Shown piece after piece: positions 38,593 through 52,100 of a stretch of DNA of 64,000 nt. The notes beneath the pieces were generated by a model that saw nothing but the letters and a program-made list of their open reading frames with translations, was not told the DNA's origin and made no database searches. The translations under genes and the position numbers were made by a program. Position 1 is the stretch's first letter, and every line of letters begins with the position of its first letter. Source of the stretch: Nemertoderma westbladi (taxonomy: Eukaryota; Animalia; Xenacoelomorpha); contig JAUCBJ010001574.1 in the NCBI GenBank assembly GCA_032718475.1, forward strand, positions 2,235-66,234. Reading direction: 5' to 3'.

Positions 38593-38604
38593 TTAAAGGA
38601 TATA
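38593..38604 (+). promoter_or_regulatory. Putative self-priming PBS of copy E (TTAAAGGATATA), complementary to 37828-37839
   Basis: Exact 12-nt reverse complement of TATATCCTTTAA. Confidence 0.78.
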
Positions 38605-40750
38605 GCTTCTGTATTGCAGTAGGCAATAAAGCTGAAGTACCGGCAACCGGTACCCAGTAGGCCTGACTACCTAACCACCCGGACCGGTACCTACAGCAGT
38701 ACAGGTACAGCAGTATTATTCGATTTTGATAATTATATACCGGTAGGCCTTAATAATTAATCAGGGAGGGCCCGCCCTGGTTTTTTATTGAGATTTTTAC
38801 TTATTTCTGTCAAGTTTTATTTATTTGTAGGCCAGTATTGAACAGAAGGCGTGTAAGCCTGATCAGATTGTACAGACGATTTGTAGGCTGAGCTGTTGTC
38901 TGATTTCTGTTAAGTCCGAACGAATTGCAGTGTGTGTAGATCACCTGTCCGATTAAGTACGATTAGGCAGTAGGGGCAGCGAACGCTGTAAGGTAAACCC
39001 CCAACTAAAGAATAAGTCGCACTACTGGGTTAGAGCGCATACTCCCTAATCATTTCGGAGTCTGCATGTCCTGTAGTTTATTTAGGCTTGAGAGTAGTCT
39101 GCCATCGTTTGGTCTGTACTTTGTTTGTGTAAGTCTGTACGGGTAGCGTATAATTTTATTTAGATAATTTGTAGGCTGGATAGTTGTCTGGCTGTTATTA
39201 GGTCTGAACGGATTGCCGCGTGTGTAGATCATCTGTCCGATTAAGTACGGTTAGGCAGTAGGGGCAGCGAACGCTGTAAGGTAAACCCCCAACTAAAGAA
39301 TAAGTCGCACTACTGGGTTAGAGCGCATACTCCCTAATCATTTCGGAGTCTGCATATACCGTAGTTTGTTTAGGCTTGATAGTAGTCTGTCAGTGTTCGG
39401 TCTGTATTTTGTTTGAGTAGTTTGTACGCGTAGCGTAATATTTATTATTCAGAGTTTATGCGATTATCCGCAACATTCATTCCCCAAGTTTGTTCCTACA
39501 GTAATTGTGTTTGTTATACATACCGCTATAGTTAAATTAACCCCGGTACTACACGGGCTGCTCGGCGTAGGTAAAGACTGGTGATTTTGTGCATCGGTCA
39601 CTCCAGCAGATGCCGTGGTTCTTTTAGCTGTTCAAGTATATTTAACTACTGATTATCTGTTATACAAGTACTCGTACCTAATTTAGGGTTTAGTGTACAG
39701 TACTTTCCGAAGTAATTAGTGTAGACATTATATCTGTGTTGTAAAGTGGTTGATAGGCACATTCGATTAGCTCTATTAACTTCTAGGTAGGAACACTCCG
39801 TGATACATAACGTAGAACCTATAGCGATACGGCTATAGGTCGTCAGGCGGTGGTATTTTCCTATCTAGACAACGCAGTGTATTTACTACTACTTATTATT
39901 TCAAATACCGTAGTACCCTGTCCGTTGTAATAACCGGTTATCTAACCCTTTGTTAGGCTGGTTTGTAGACTTCTTGTAAAATTACCCTAAAAATTCGTAT
40001 TTGTGTTTTGTAAATTTTGTGTTTATTTAGAGATTGTAATCTCACCCGAATTGTACGTAATTTGTAGTATTAAGTAACTTAGGTAAATTAGAATTATTTG
40101 TTTTAGTGTCCTATACGTAACACTTCACTAAAAGCGCACCGCTTTGTGTAGTGATTACCCCAGAAATAATAACATTTATTTCAAACATTGACTAAACCCA
40201 TTAAAACGGGTATAAATACATTATAAATCAAATCTAACGATTTATAAATAGTAGGCCTACCATAAAACCATTAGGTCTCAATATCAGTTGGATTACTGCT
40301 TAAATAACGGTAATAAAGTAAGTTAAAGTAACCAAGTAACCCTAAAGTTCAGAAATTCAATTATTCTAAAATAATTGATATACCGGTATCTACGATAGGC
40401 CTATTATCTTATTTCTATAAATCTAGGCTGAAATTATACCGGTACTTGTAATTAATTCTATTCCAGAATTATATATCCTACAAACTGTAAGCTGTATACC
40501 GGTATTCCGATAGGCCTATTATATTTTTATATATATTTGTGCTAAAATTATACCGGTATTCTGTGATAAACCTAGTCTGTAATAATAGTTATATATACTA
40601 TAAGCATACCGGTATTCTAATATATTATATATATCACGCTACACTGAGTAGCAGTACCGGTAATTAATTACTAGGCTAGCAGTTAATACTGAGTTACTAG
40701 ACTTGCTCAGACTGTAATACAGCAGTAGACATTCAACTGTACACATAAGC

Positions 40751-43700
40751 ATGTCTGACGCAAAGCAGAATCTGTCAGACAGTCTACTAGATACAACCGA
40801 GAGCGAAGTGACAGCAGAGAAACCACATAAGAGAGATGCCATTGACATCTATCTGTCAGACTATCAGCGTTTTTTAGGTGATGACGAGTTGAGGAGAAGG
40901 TTAGAGGGACTTAGCCCTAATAGTGAAGGAACCAAGCTTGTGTTGGATGCCATCGATGTGGAAATGAGGGCTGCGAATCAGGCTAAATTCGATGAACAAC
41001 TCCGCATCACACGAGTTCAAGAAGAACAAGTAAAGAAAAAACGTATAGAAGACAGAAAGAAAGCAGCAGTGGTAGCTGCAGAAGCAGAAAGAAAGGCGGC
41101 AGCGGCCAAGGCAAAGGCGGCAGAGGTAGCGGCCAAGGCAAAAGCGGCAGAGGCAGCGGCAGAGGCAAAGGCGGCAGAGGCAGCGGCCAGAGGCAAAGGC
41201 GGCAGAGGCAGCGGCCAGAGGCAAAAGCGGCAGAGGCAGCGGCCAGAGGCAAAAGCGGCAGAGGCAGCGGCAGAGGCAAAAGCGGCAGAGGCAGCGGCCG
41301 AGGCAGCGGCAGAGGCAAAAGTGGCAGAAGCAGAACGGAGAGCGGCTGAAGAAACCACCCAATTAGAATTGGAAAACATTCAGGAGAATCAAGACTGCAT
41401 AAATAAACAGTTAACAGCTAGTAATATGCAGATGATGGATCGATCTACTCCCAAAAGACAGGGATATACATCATCTGAGGAAGGCGATACCACCGATACT
41501 GAAGGCAAAGGAAATAGATCTCGTCTAAGCAGACGTAAAAGAACATTCCACCGTCAGAAATTGCCTGATTTGCCTCCAGCTGTTAGAAGGCAACTAAATA
41601 ACACCAACTTAGGTAGTACAGAGCCCACAGACCAAATAATTAAAATAGAAAGACTCCCTACTATAGTAGATGAGCCTGAAATAATTAGGCCTGTTCTTGA
41701 AATCACCCCTTCGGTGATAGACACACCTGTGCTCCCTGAAACTACTTCTAAATTCCCTCTGCATAGCACTAAGCTACCTGTGCCCCGTAGAACTGCCCCA
41801 GAGACAGTTCAGGTCCTGGACCCCGAGCGAAATATTCATAATTTGTCGCCCGTTGTCCCTCGTCCGCCCGCTACAACGTTGGCGACTCCCGCTTCGGCGG
41901 TCGAATGGGTGGACGAGAGACGGCGGGGGATGGATGGATATCCTGCTCGGGCAGATGCAGGAGACTGTCCAGCAGTTCAAGGGCACAGTAAGGGAAAGTA
42001 GGCTAGAGTTGCAAGAAGTGCAGCAAAGTATCGCGCTAGAACGCGATAAATTAGTAAATACTCAAAAGGGTATACCACCACCCTCTGTAACAATGTGTCA
42101 ACCTGTTAGGTCTGAAGTATCGCATGCGCAAGGTGTGGAGCCTACACGCATTTATACTGCTAGCGAAGTAGAAACTCCTATAGTGAACCCTATTAAGGGT
42201 AATTATAGACCTGTTGATAATGATATTCCCTATAGAACTGATCATAATCCGAGAAATTTATATACCGATAACTCGATATTAAATAGCATGATGGCCCAAG
42301 AAAGTTTTACGCGTCAAATGGCTAGAACCGAAGCCCGGCAAGCGGTAAAGGTTGGAGAGATCGTCAAGTTCAATGGAGATGAGATGAAATGGTTACCTTT
42401 TAATGAATATTACAATAATAACATACAGAACTCTGTACTATCTAATGGAGAAAAACTTAGATTCCTCATCGAGTGCTTGGAAGGATCTCCCAAGTCAATG
42501 GCGTTAAAATTTATTGGACATCCAGATGGATTAAGACAAGTTTGGGATACACTAAACATCAGGTATGGTAATAGGACTAACATAGCTAGGTATTTATATG
42601 CGAAATTAATGGCGCCCCGAAAGTTTCTTAGCAGCGGGATTATAGAGTTTTCCGATGAGATTCAGGAGATCTGTAGACAACTAGATTGGTTAGGTAAGTC
42701 TCATGAATACCAGAATTCTATGGTTGTAGGAGCCTTAGCATCTACTTTGCCCAAGGGTGGAGTAGGTACACGCTGGGACAAGAAGGTGTTATATCTGATG
42801 GAACAACAACGACGAGACCCTACCATGACTGATCTCATGTCATTCTTAGATAGAGAAGTGAAATTACAGCTCCTAAGGCAGTCCAGAGAGAAGACATTGG
42901 AAAACAAGGTAAGTGAGAAACCCGTTTCTAGGAGAAGGGTAACACCAGTATGTTATACCGACGACGGTGAAAGCCAAACTTCTCAAGGAGAGGACAGCGG
43001 GAAAGACACTGACAGATCTTATTATGTCAATAAATTGCCTAAAGATCAGGTAAGTAAATCCGAGTCTCGACCCAATGACAGAAGGGAACCGGTACAAAAA
43101 ACCCTTCCTACGTCTCCTAAAAGAATTCAGGTGAGAAAGCCCGAGGAAAGAACAAGTGTGCACCACATAGCACAGGTTAAAGTAAGTAACATCAAGCCGA
43201 AATGTGTGCTGTGCGACGGGCCCCACCATTTAAATGCGTGTGATAAATTCCTGAGGAAATCACTAAAGGATAGACGTGAAGTCATGTGGGATAAGCGGTT
43301 GTGTTATAATTGCCTCAGACGAGGACACCAACGGCGAACCTGTAACTCCGACGCAAGGTGTGCAAAGTGCGGCGCAAAACATCATATCTTGTTGCACACG
43401 GAATTCGAACGAAACAGCCCGAGTCAGGTAAGTGAGTCCGAACTACATGTCCAATTCAGTGATGTGAACGACACTGATCAATCTGAGATGGAAGGATTCT
43501 ATACGGACGAGTTCTCCGACCAAAACGAATCCTGTTACCTAATAAACACCACCGCAGTGTATCGAGCACTCGTGTATGAGAAAGACACAGACAGCGACCT
43601 TACCTTAACTACTTCCGATCAACAACCATCTTGGAAAGCGCCAACTTCCAATATCGGAATCCGAGAATTTCCTGTAGTCCAGTTACGGGTCCACGGACCT

Positions 43701-44942
43701 CAGAAGAGCTATATAGTGAACGCCCTCCTGGACTCCGGTAGCACAGGAACATTCATCGATAAAGAACTAGCCGAAGTCATCTTTGCTGGACAACCCAAGT
43801 TCCGAACCAAGCTAAACGTGTCAGGAATCATGCAAGTTTGGAAATCTACAGTAACAGCTGATTATTATGTAGGAGCGTTGTCCACCCCCCAGGACGAACT
43901 AGGAGAACATAGCATAAGGTCAGTGAAAATGGTGGCTATAAAGAACTTCGCTACTACTCAAGCAGACCTTTATAATTGGGACGAGGATGAGAGCATCCAA
44001 CATCTTAACATACCTCGATTCCAGACTGATTATCCTGGAGTGCAAATACTCATCGGCCAAAACGCGCATGAGGCGCTGGAGACATTAGAGAAACGACCTG
44101 CTCAACCGCAGCCACTACAGACCTATGCGGTAAGAACTAGAGTAGGTTGGTACCTTACTGGACCTTCCCGTAGAACGCTCAGGGAAAGACTGCTTCAAGA
44201 TCGCGTCTGCCAGGTGAGTGAATGGGAAGATGATACTAGTGAGGGAGACGACCCAACTGAGGGAACACCACACTCCTCAGATAATGACAATCTTAGCTCC
44301 AATGTAGATCAATGGAGATATTGCCCCAAGAAGTTTAATCCAACGGACATCGCTTCCAGAGGAGCAACTCCTCAAGAACTGACAGATACTATAGACCGGT
44401 TAGGTGAACCCGACTTCCTGAGTAAGGAGAATGAATGGCCTCCCCATCTTACTCCGACTGAGATTAGACCAGCCAAGGGAGCGGAGAAAGTCGAACCTGA
44501 AACCCGGACGGGTGGATCGGAGTTATTTGAACCCGGGATAGATCTGTCGGTATTACATGTTGCCAGGGACGACGCCGTGGATCTGGGCCTCCCCTCCGCG
44601 AGTGGATCCTTCATGAAGATCAGAGAGAGCGATTGGAGCTCTGGAACATCAGACGTCTCGCAGGGACTCTCACCTCTCCTGCAGAGAGCGACGGACCACT
44701 ATAGCTCCTGGAATCGGCTTTGTGACGCCGTCATATACTTTGAGCGATGTTTCTATCGTCACTATTCCAGGACGAAGAGGAAACCTGGAATTGTATTCAG
44801 GATGCAGCGACTCAATCACCCAGTCGGTCGTTTGTGTTTATCGGAAGGGAATGGAGGACTCTCCGGAAACTGTGGAAGGCAAGATTCTCTTCCCACGACC
44901 ACCTCCCTAATCCTTCAAACATCTAGGGACTCCATAACGTAA
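40751..44942 (+). pseudogene. gag: Gag-protease polyprotein of copy E: three in-frame deletions and a frameshift (GGAT duplication near 41933)
   Basis: Three Bel/Pao-type Cys/His knuckles (CVLCDGPHHLNAC, CYNCLRRGHQRRTC, CAKCGAKHHILLH), intact LLDSGS protease motif, ends at the native pol stop. Confidence 0.88.
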
Positions 44943-46598
44943 CAACATATGGAGTGGGTGTGTGACTCTATTATTTTATATTATTTTATTATTTTTATAT
45001 TTATGTATGTATTACTATGTAATTCTATTATAATCGTTTTCTTTAATTTTATTCAGTAGAATGTTATTTTAGCGATTATTTAGTAGATTAGTGCAATATA
45101 TATTCGCGTTTATTACTTAATTACGTATATATTATATTTAATGCGACGGCAAGAAATAATTCTTTTCCTTCTTCCTTACTGCTCCGTATTCTATTATAAA
45201 TACGTAACTACAGTAAGATGAAATGTCCGTACTTATTAAAGTACAATAAAGCCACTACTATATTCAAGTATTATTGGTAGGCAGAGTATTAGGAATGCAA
45301 AGTTCAGATCCTCGTGTCTCGGCTAAACCAAGCTCTGGGTAGACCTTGGAAACGACTTGCCTCTTCACACTGACATTGCTTCGTGCGATATTGCTCTCAT
45401 ACCGTATATTAAATAATACATATAGTAGCGTGATGTCCCTTTAACAGTAGCGTATAACGCAAAATAAATCTGTTAAACCCTTTGACCATCTGTAATTCTA
45501 GTCGATTAAGATATCGTGGCACCCACCGATATACTTGAAAGACAAATTATAGAATCAGTGGTTAACGTCACCAGACAAGTTCTGGAATAAATCGGTGCCC
45601 ATCTCAAATATTAATTATTTAATATTTGCAAATCTAATACGTCAAAATCTGTAAAATTCAGATCCTTCAACAATTCTAGTCAATTAAGATATCGTAGCAT
45701 TTACCGATATTCTTAAAAAAGACAATTGTCATAGAATTAAGGATCTTGTGTCCCTAGACATGTTCTAGAATCAAAATATGTCCATTTAATTATCAAATAA
45801 TAAAATTTCAGGGAATAAATTTAAATTCATGCCTTTAATGAATTTAATAAATTGCCATTTTTACGCAATTTATAAAGTTCCCAAAATTTCATTAATTAAT
45901 AGATCAAGGGAGCGGAGATTTATCTTATCATGCGTATGAGTGTGTGAAAGTCTCCCAAACATAGTCAATAGCCGATAAAATTCATAAAGTCATGTATAAA
46001 ACAGAACATTGACTATTAAAGAATACTATTAAATAACATCCCAGATCTGTATGCATTGGAACTACCCTAATTCTACCACTAGCTTTGCATAATGTCACCA
46101 TAGCAACAACCACGCTAGAATTAGAATTGAGTTAAAAGAACAATAGAAAGCTTGTCCCATTGAATAGCATAGGGAATAATAGCGCACTACTAGTATCCCA
46201 GGATACATACTAATACAGTGACATTCTGGAAGGCATTGACTAACGGACAAATGGCCCGAATGTGTGTAATTTGTGACAAGTTGTGTGTGTGGTATTTGTG
46301 AGTTTATAGGTGAATGTTACTACTAAGGTGTGTTTACAGTAGCTAGTCGCAATCGTAAAAGTAACCTAACTCTCCAAGGAAAACCTGAAGTACATCTAAG
46401 TCTTTGGGACGGACAGTCGAGTGACTTGTGTCGGTTGTCGTTGTCGTTGTGCGGCTACGTCGTTGGCGAAAGTACAGCGGCGACGACACATCGGCGCTGA
46501 GGATCTCGTACTGTCCGGGGTTGATTGGGGTAGGCAGCGACGCCCGCTCGCCTAAATATAAACTCATTATAATATGGATAAACTCATATATAGCAGAT

Positions 46599-47881
46599 AT
46601 GACGGAGTTGATAGAAGATGGTCTTGGTATCGGGGAGCAATATACTCTATTTTTGCAAGCGTTTGTTGATAGCTTAATACGCGGCGACGTTAGTCCAACT
46701 GCTGCGGAGGACGATGGTCGTTATATCGAACCGCCAATGTCCCAAGAGCAGCCCGCGCGCGAGTTGGACTATAGAAAATTCGCTGCTCGATATACGCAGC
46801 GTAATGGTACGTATATGGTCTTCTTAACAACTGGTCATCCTATCGATTTACACAATACGGACTATGTCGACTATATATCCTGCCCAGCGGAGTCGGAACC
46901 ATAAACTGAAATTCGAATGCGAAAATTCTATTCGAAATCGGCTCGAAAGAAAAGACACTAAAGAAACAAATGGACGCGGTAACTCCAAAGTATATTTGGA
47001 ATTCTTGATAGAAGCATTGTAACAACAAATAAATGTCACCCGCGTTTACCTTACCAGACGTGCGTCTTTGGTATTATTACGATAAACGCCCTAGACCCAA
47101 ATAATAAACGGAAAGACATAAACATCCATGTAAACCGAAACTTGTTGACGTATCACCTATGCTCACTCGGCTCGAACGATCCTGGAGTAAACCTACAATC
47201 AGCGTCCCGGAATACTCGGTCAAACCTCCTCATTCCTTAGTTGGACCTCAGACCTGCGATCCTGGTGGTGTCGCGGATCCTCGCGGACTGTATTCACTGT
47301 TCAAAGATCTAGTGCTACCCTAACAATTAATCGGTAACACTCCGACAGTGATTTCTAGCTAGCCGCCCATCTTACCTAGCTGGATTATGACGCAGACACC
47401 TAATATCATTATCCAACCGTATGGTCGTCCCGTTTAACGCGATACAACCCTTCATCAAAGTGAAGGAGAGCGTTGTACGAAACGAGTTAAACGCTATTCT
47501 ATAAAGATCAAAAAGAAACCTGCGTTTGTTCAGATAAACGTAAGTTACAACAGTAAGTCCAATCGATAAACAAATTGGCCTTATCTCAGTTCGATTGGGA
47601 AACCTCGAATCTCAAAGAAGATATCAAGCTTAGAAAACCCTATTCTCTGCGAGAGTTTTGGACGAACGTATCCCATGACAAGCGGAGGAAAATCAGCTCG
47701 AGGAGAAGCATATCGAAATGGACGAGACACCGACCGTAAACCCAAACCTTTTAATGCAATCATATTGCACCCTTCACCCAGGAGTTATGGCCCTCCTAGT
47801 AAAGTGGCTTCCCCCAAAGAGAAAATGGCTCTTGCTAGCTTTAAAAAACTGCGTAAAAGTCGTCCGCGCAAGAAAGACTAA
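46599..47881 (+). pseudogene. Fragmented extra 3' ORF of copy E
   Basis: 3' part is homologous in frame to 8687-9419(-); the 5' part (ORF to 46904) has no homolog in this window. Confidence 0.45.
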
Positions 47882-47959
47882 CTGTTTAGAGTATCTTTAT
47901 GTTTTAGAAACTGTGATTTTTATATTTTATAGACTGAAAATCCCATTTTCTGGGAGCGG

Positions 47960-49165
47960 TGTAAAAGCTTTTGCTGAATTGTCCGGTTATTTTTCCTTAT
48001 TTTTCCCGTAAAATACTCTGTAGTTGGTTTACCAGGCATAAAAAGGCCGTGTCCTTGCTGTACTGGTGTTTTAGCGGACATAAAAGCTATTTCTTCTGTA
48101 TTTGTACTTTAGAGGACATAATCCGTAATTCCGTGACGTAAAAGCTCGATACTCTTGAAAACAGTGTCGCTACCATGACGACGGCTAGCAGCTGATATTG
48201 CCACGTCGACGTTTCTTTGTTTCTCTGTTCTCTCGTTGTTCAGGTTGACCAATCAGAGCGTTTGTTGTCTCTGTGTTGGAGGTATATACAGAAACTCAGT
48301 AGTTCAGTGTTATGTTTTTGCCCAGAGCCTAAGAACCGGCTTTGGCACCTCCGTTTTTCAGTTTTTAGTCTTACACTAGTAGGTTTAATTATAAAGGGCA
48401 TATATCCTTTAACTCATGGAATCACTGCTAACTGATCATACATACTGACTGCTGAAACATTGCAAACTCATAACAATCAGTGTTTTCATTGTTGTTTTAT
48501 ACTGCTATTTACCGTCAGTTCTTCATAATATGGTTGATGAATAATTATATTTGGAATAACGATAAATAACCCCGAAACCCAATATTCTTGATATACCGAA
48601 GGTAAGAGAGAAGGGTTAAAGAATAACGATTGTGACTTATGTTAAAGTGGTTTGAAGTGAATCTAATGTTATTTGATAGACCCTACATGAGTCAGTCTGT
48701 GTTCCTTTTATATGTGACTAAAATCAGTGAAGATTGGCAGATTAGTGTGCAGTATTGTGCAGCATTGTGTATGAGTGAGTCTGTTAAAGAAGCAATTCCT
48801 AAAGAATGCGCCATATATGTGAATTATAATTAAGCCATATCGTTGTGAGTAGTTTAAGTCATAACTCTGTTTATATAGATAAAGCGCCACGTCCTAAAGG
48901 AACTGTTAATATTACCGAAGGTGAATAATATTGTCAGAGATTATATAGTACTGTCAGTCGAATAATACATTAGGCTTACATAGCAATAAAATTAAACCGT
49001 CGAACCCAATCTCCCGGGAATATCCAGCGGGTGAATGATCGCGCACAGATTGGTTTCGACTAGTGTAGTGAATCAAATACTTGTCATAGACTAAAAACCG
49101 ATTTAATATCTAGAAGACATCTTAATTTGGTGGGTTAAACTGCCAAAGGTCTGAAAGCGCGAACA
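47960..49165 (+). repeat. 3' LTR of copy E (1206 bp), preceded by PPT-like TGGGAGCGG
   Basis: Direct repeat of 37387-38592. Confidence 0.97.
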
Positions 49166-52100
49166 CCCCATCATCATTATGATGATCTAAGGACATGCGT
49201 AGAACATAGTCAACCACAATAATGAACAAGAATGGTGCAAGTGTGTCTCCTTGGAGGACGCCCCATAACACTTCAAATGGTTCTGTGTCACCATCAACAG
49301 TAGACACAAATGTTGTCGAACCATCGTATACTGATCTGATTGCTGCAATAATTTCACCAGGAATCCCATATAATGAAAGTATGCTGAACATACGTGAGCG
49401 AGAGACTGAATCAAAGGCCTTGAAGAAGTCAACAAAGATAACAGCCAGATGCCTGTCTTTCTTTTTTGATAACTCTTCAATTATCCTTCTAAGTGCCAAA
49501 ATGGGCTCCATGGTCCCACGACCTTTACGGAACCCATTCTGATTTCCACGTAGCAGTCTCTCAATGGGATCCCTGATGCGATTTAATAGAATTCTATTGT
49601 ATAGTTTTGCAGCAATCGAGATCAATGAGATTCCCCGAAAAGAACCATAGAGTGTTAGGTTGCCCTTCTTGGGAACTGGCACCAACTTATTTGTTTTCAT
49701 TTCTTGTGGGACTCTTGTTGTACGGTACATGTCTACTATGATGGGATAGATGAGCTTTAAACACTCAGGTATTTTAAAGACCTCAGGGGGAACACCATCT
49801 ACTCCACTGGCACGATTGGTCTTAATGCTCTTTGCAGCAGCCTTCACTTCTGCAAAGGAGATATCGCCAATGGGAATATCTGGGAGTACAGACTCAGACA
49901 CTTTTACTTCTATAAAGTTATCAGGCAATACCCTGTCATTATTGAGGAGCTTTTCAAAGTGGGCTTTCCAACCATTGAGGCGATCGGCTGGTGATTCAGC
50001 CTTAACCTTGGTGGTTGGTTGGCTTTTCCGCCCAGTAAGCAGATTGATCGATTTCCATGCTACGGGTCATGGTGTATAAATATACTGTAATATAATAATA
50101 ATATAAATTATGATATTTTTTTTCGATTCGTTATTCCCAAATATGCTTCGCTTCGTTTCGTTTTCCTTTCGTTAAAGGCCCTTCCGCGCAGCTTTTTTTT
50201 GAGCTTTTTTTCAAGCTTTTTTTAATTAAAACAATTTCTAGGAATTAATTGCTTCAAGATGAATCTGCGAATTTTCGAATACTAAAACCTAAAATATAGA
50301 ATAAAGCTCAAAAAAAGCTTGAAAAAAGGTTTGAAAAAAAACTAAAAAAAAAAGCTTGAAAAAAGCTAGAAAAGAAAGCTCAATAAATATCAATAAAATA
50401 AATAAGCCATCCCTGAATATAATATAATAATAATAATTATTATTATTATATTACCTCCAGCGAACGCTAATTATTGCAATCGTTTAATGCCTACATCTCA
50501 GGTGTTTCTAAACGAATTCAGTCATTGTTATACTGTATGTTTGGAATCCTTGCAACGTAACTTTTCTATTGATATAGATAAAACCGGTTCCTTACAAAAG
50601 CAAACCACGCCACAACGTGGGGGGTCATCAGGGGGGATTCTCCCAAGGACGTATTGATTCTCCCAAGTAGGGCGTACTGTATGTGTGACATCGATTTTAT
50701 TATTTGAAAAAGGACCTTACACAGAACGATTAATTAGAATTATATTAAGGCAACGGCAACAATGAACAGCGCAAATATCTTAGACTTCATGATTTATAGT
50801 GCACAAAGTACATGTAGGAAGTTTAGCCCAAAATCGTCACTTTAGCCAGTGAATCGCTAATATGTGTGACCGACTGTAGCGTGACCGTACTGTATGTATC
50901 TGTGTATAAATTGTCAATTTTATTCACAATATGTATAATTTTATTTACGTCATACAGCCGTACTATCTTCACATGTTCATTGTTTATAATGGTTATACGT
51001 GTCTCTTGTAGGCCTATATGTTCTTGTTAGCTCTATTTTATTTTTTATATTTAATGTCAATTAAACAATTCCAATTCCTATCCCGAAGACACTTATAATT
51101 ACAGTATATTTAATTCTTTTTATCCGTTTTCTAGCAATACAATAATCGATACGCAATCTGACAAAATTTATAGTAAACACAGTATGCCCGATCCACCTTC
51201 ACGCGGACTGAGCGCTATTTTCCTGAAAAACCGACATTGTCGGTTTGTTTTGTTATTCGCCGCAGCTTCCAAGCATGGTGAGGCCTCTTTTTCTCCGTCA
51301 TATTTGAAGTTGCGCTGCCCCTACAGCCAAATCTAAGGGCTGAAAATTGGAGGCAACTGGCCTCCACGAGAAGACTTATACTGTAAAGGCTTTTGCGGAT
51401 ATAACTAGTCATTTTCCCCGCAAAGTACTCTGTAGGTGTTTTAGCTGACATAAAAAGCCGTTTTTCTTACTGTGTAGGTGTTTTAGTGGACATAAAAAGC
51501 CATTTTTCTGTATGTGTACTTTAGCGGACATAACAAGCCATTTTATGCCGCAATACGCCAAAATACTCTTAATACAGTGTGGCTTAGATGACGAAATCTA
51601 TCAGCTGATTTTGATGTCGATGTGGAGCTTTCTTAACTCTCTTTGTTCAGCTCACTCGACCAATCAGAGCGATTTTCATTTTATTTTGTACAGAAGCCTA
51701 CGGGAAATCACGCAATGCATGACGGTTTTTGTTTACCTTTTTCCTGAGCCCAGAACATCGGCTTTGGAATTATTCTTAGTTTCAGACTTTAGCCAAACAT
51801 TCGACGGCTTTGATTATAGGAACGTATAACTGTTATCGCAGTGCCAGACTCATACCAAACTGGACACACAAATGCAGGTCATATTATACTATACGTACGG
51901 TTACCTGTAGCAATTGCGACTTACATTATAGTGGTTTTGGAGTGAATTGAATGCTATTTCATAATCCCTACATGTGTCAGTTACTATTCTCCTTATATAT
52001 GATCAAATTTAGTGAAGGTCGGCAGATCAGTGTGCAGCAGTGTGCGGTAGTGTGCATGAGTGTGACAGATAACAAAGCATTTCCTAAAGAATGCGCTTTA

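Larger units (their letters stand above)
37387..49165 (+). mobile_element. Bel/Pao copy E: two LTRs, non-autonomous (RT/RNase H and integrase deleted), 5-bp TSD CCCCA
   Basis: TSD at 37382-37386 and 49166-49170; both LTRs are 1206 bp; empty site ATCACCCCATCAT visible in the RTE copy at ~13285. Confidence 0.97.
36495..50060 (-). mobile_element. RTE-clade LINE (5' truncated), split by Bel/Pao copy E into 36495-37386 and 49166-50060; TSD TACGGGT
   Basis: RT motifs FRGISL, QNGFRKGR, FVDFFKAFDSV, QGDTLAPFLF, DFADD, YLGS; TSD at 36488-36494 and 50061-50067; the empty site is visible in the opposite TIR at 34473-34500. Confidence 0.92.
34473..50074. mobile_element. Foldback Tc1/mariner-type MITE (TA-flanked, long TIRs) stretched by nested insertions
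   Basis: TA|CACCATGACCCGTAATATAGTGTC at left and CGGGTCATGGTG|TA at right; arms 34473-34558 plus 35684-36017 mirror 36104-36494 plus 50061-50074. Confidence 0.75.

Noticed and set aside
40795-44785. Copy E deletions as spliced-out introns
   Set aside because: Junctions compared with copy F lack GT...AG boundaries; one shows AAGA microhomology instead
46428-47881. env gene
   Set aside because: No signal peptide, transmembrane segment or Cys pattern visible; kept only as an unknown extra ORF
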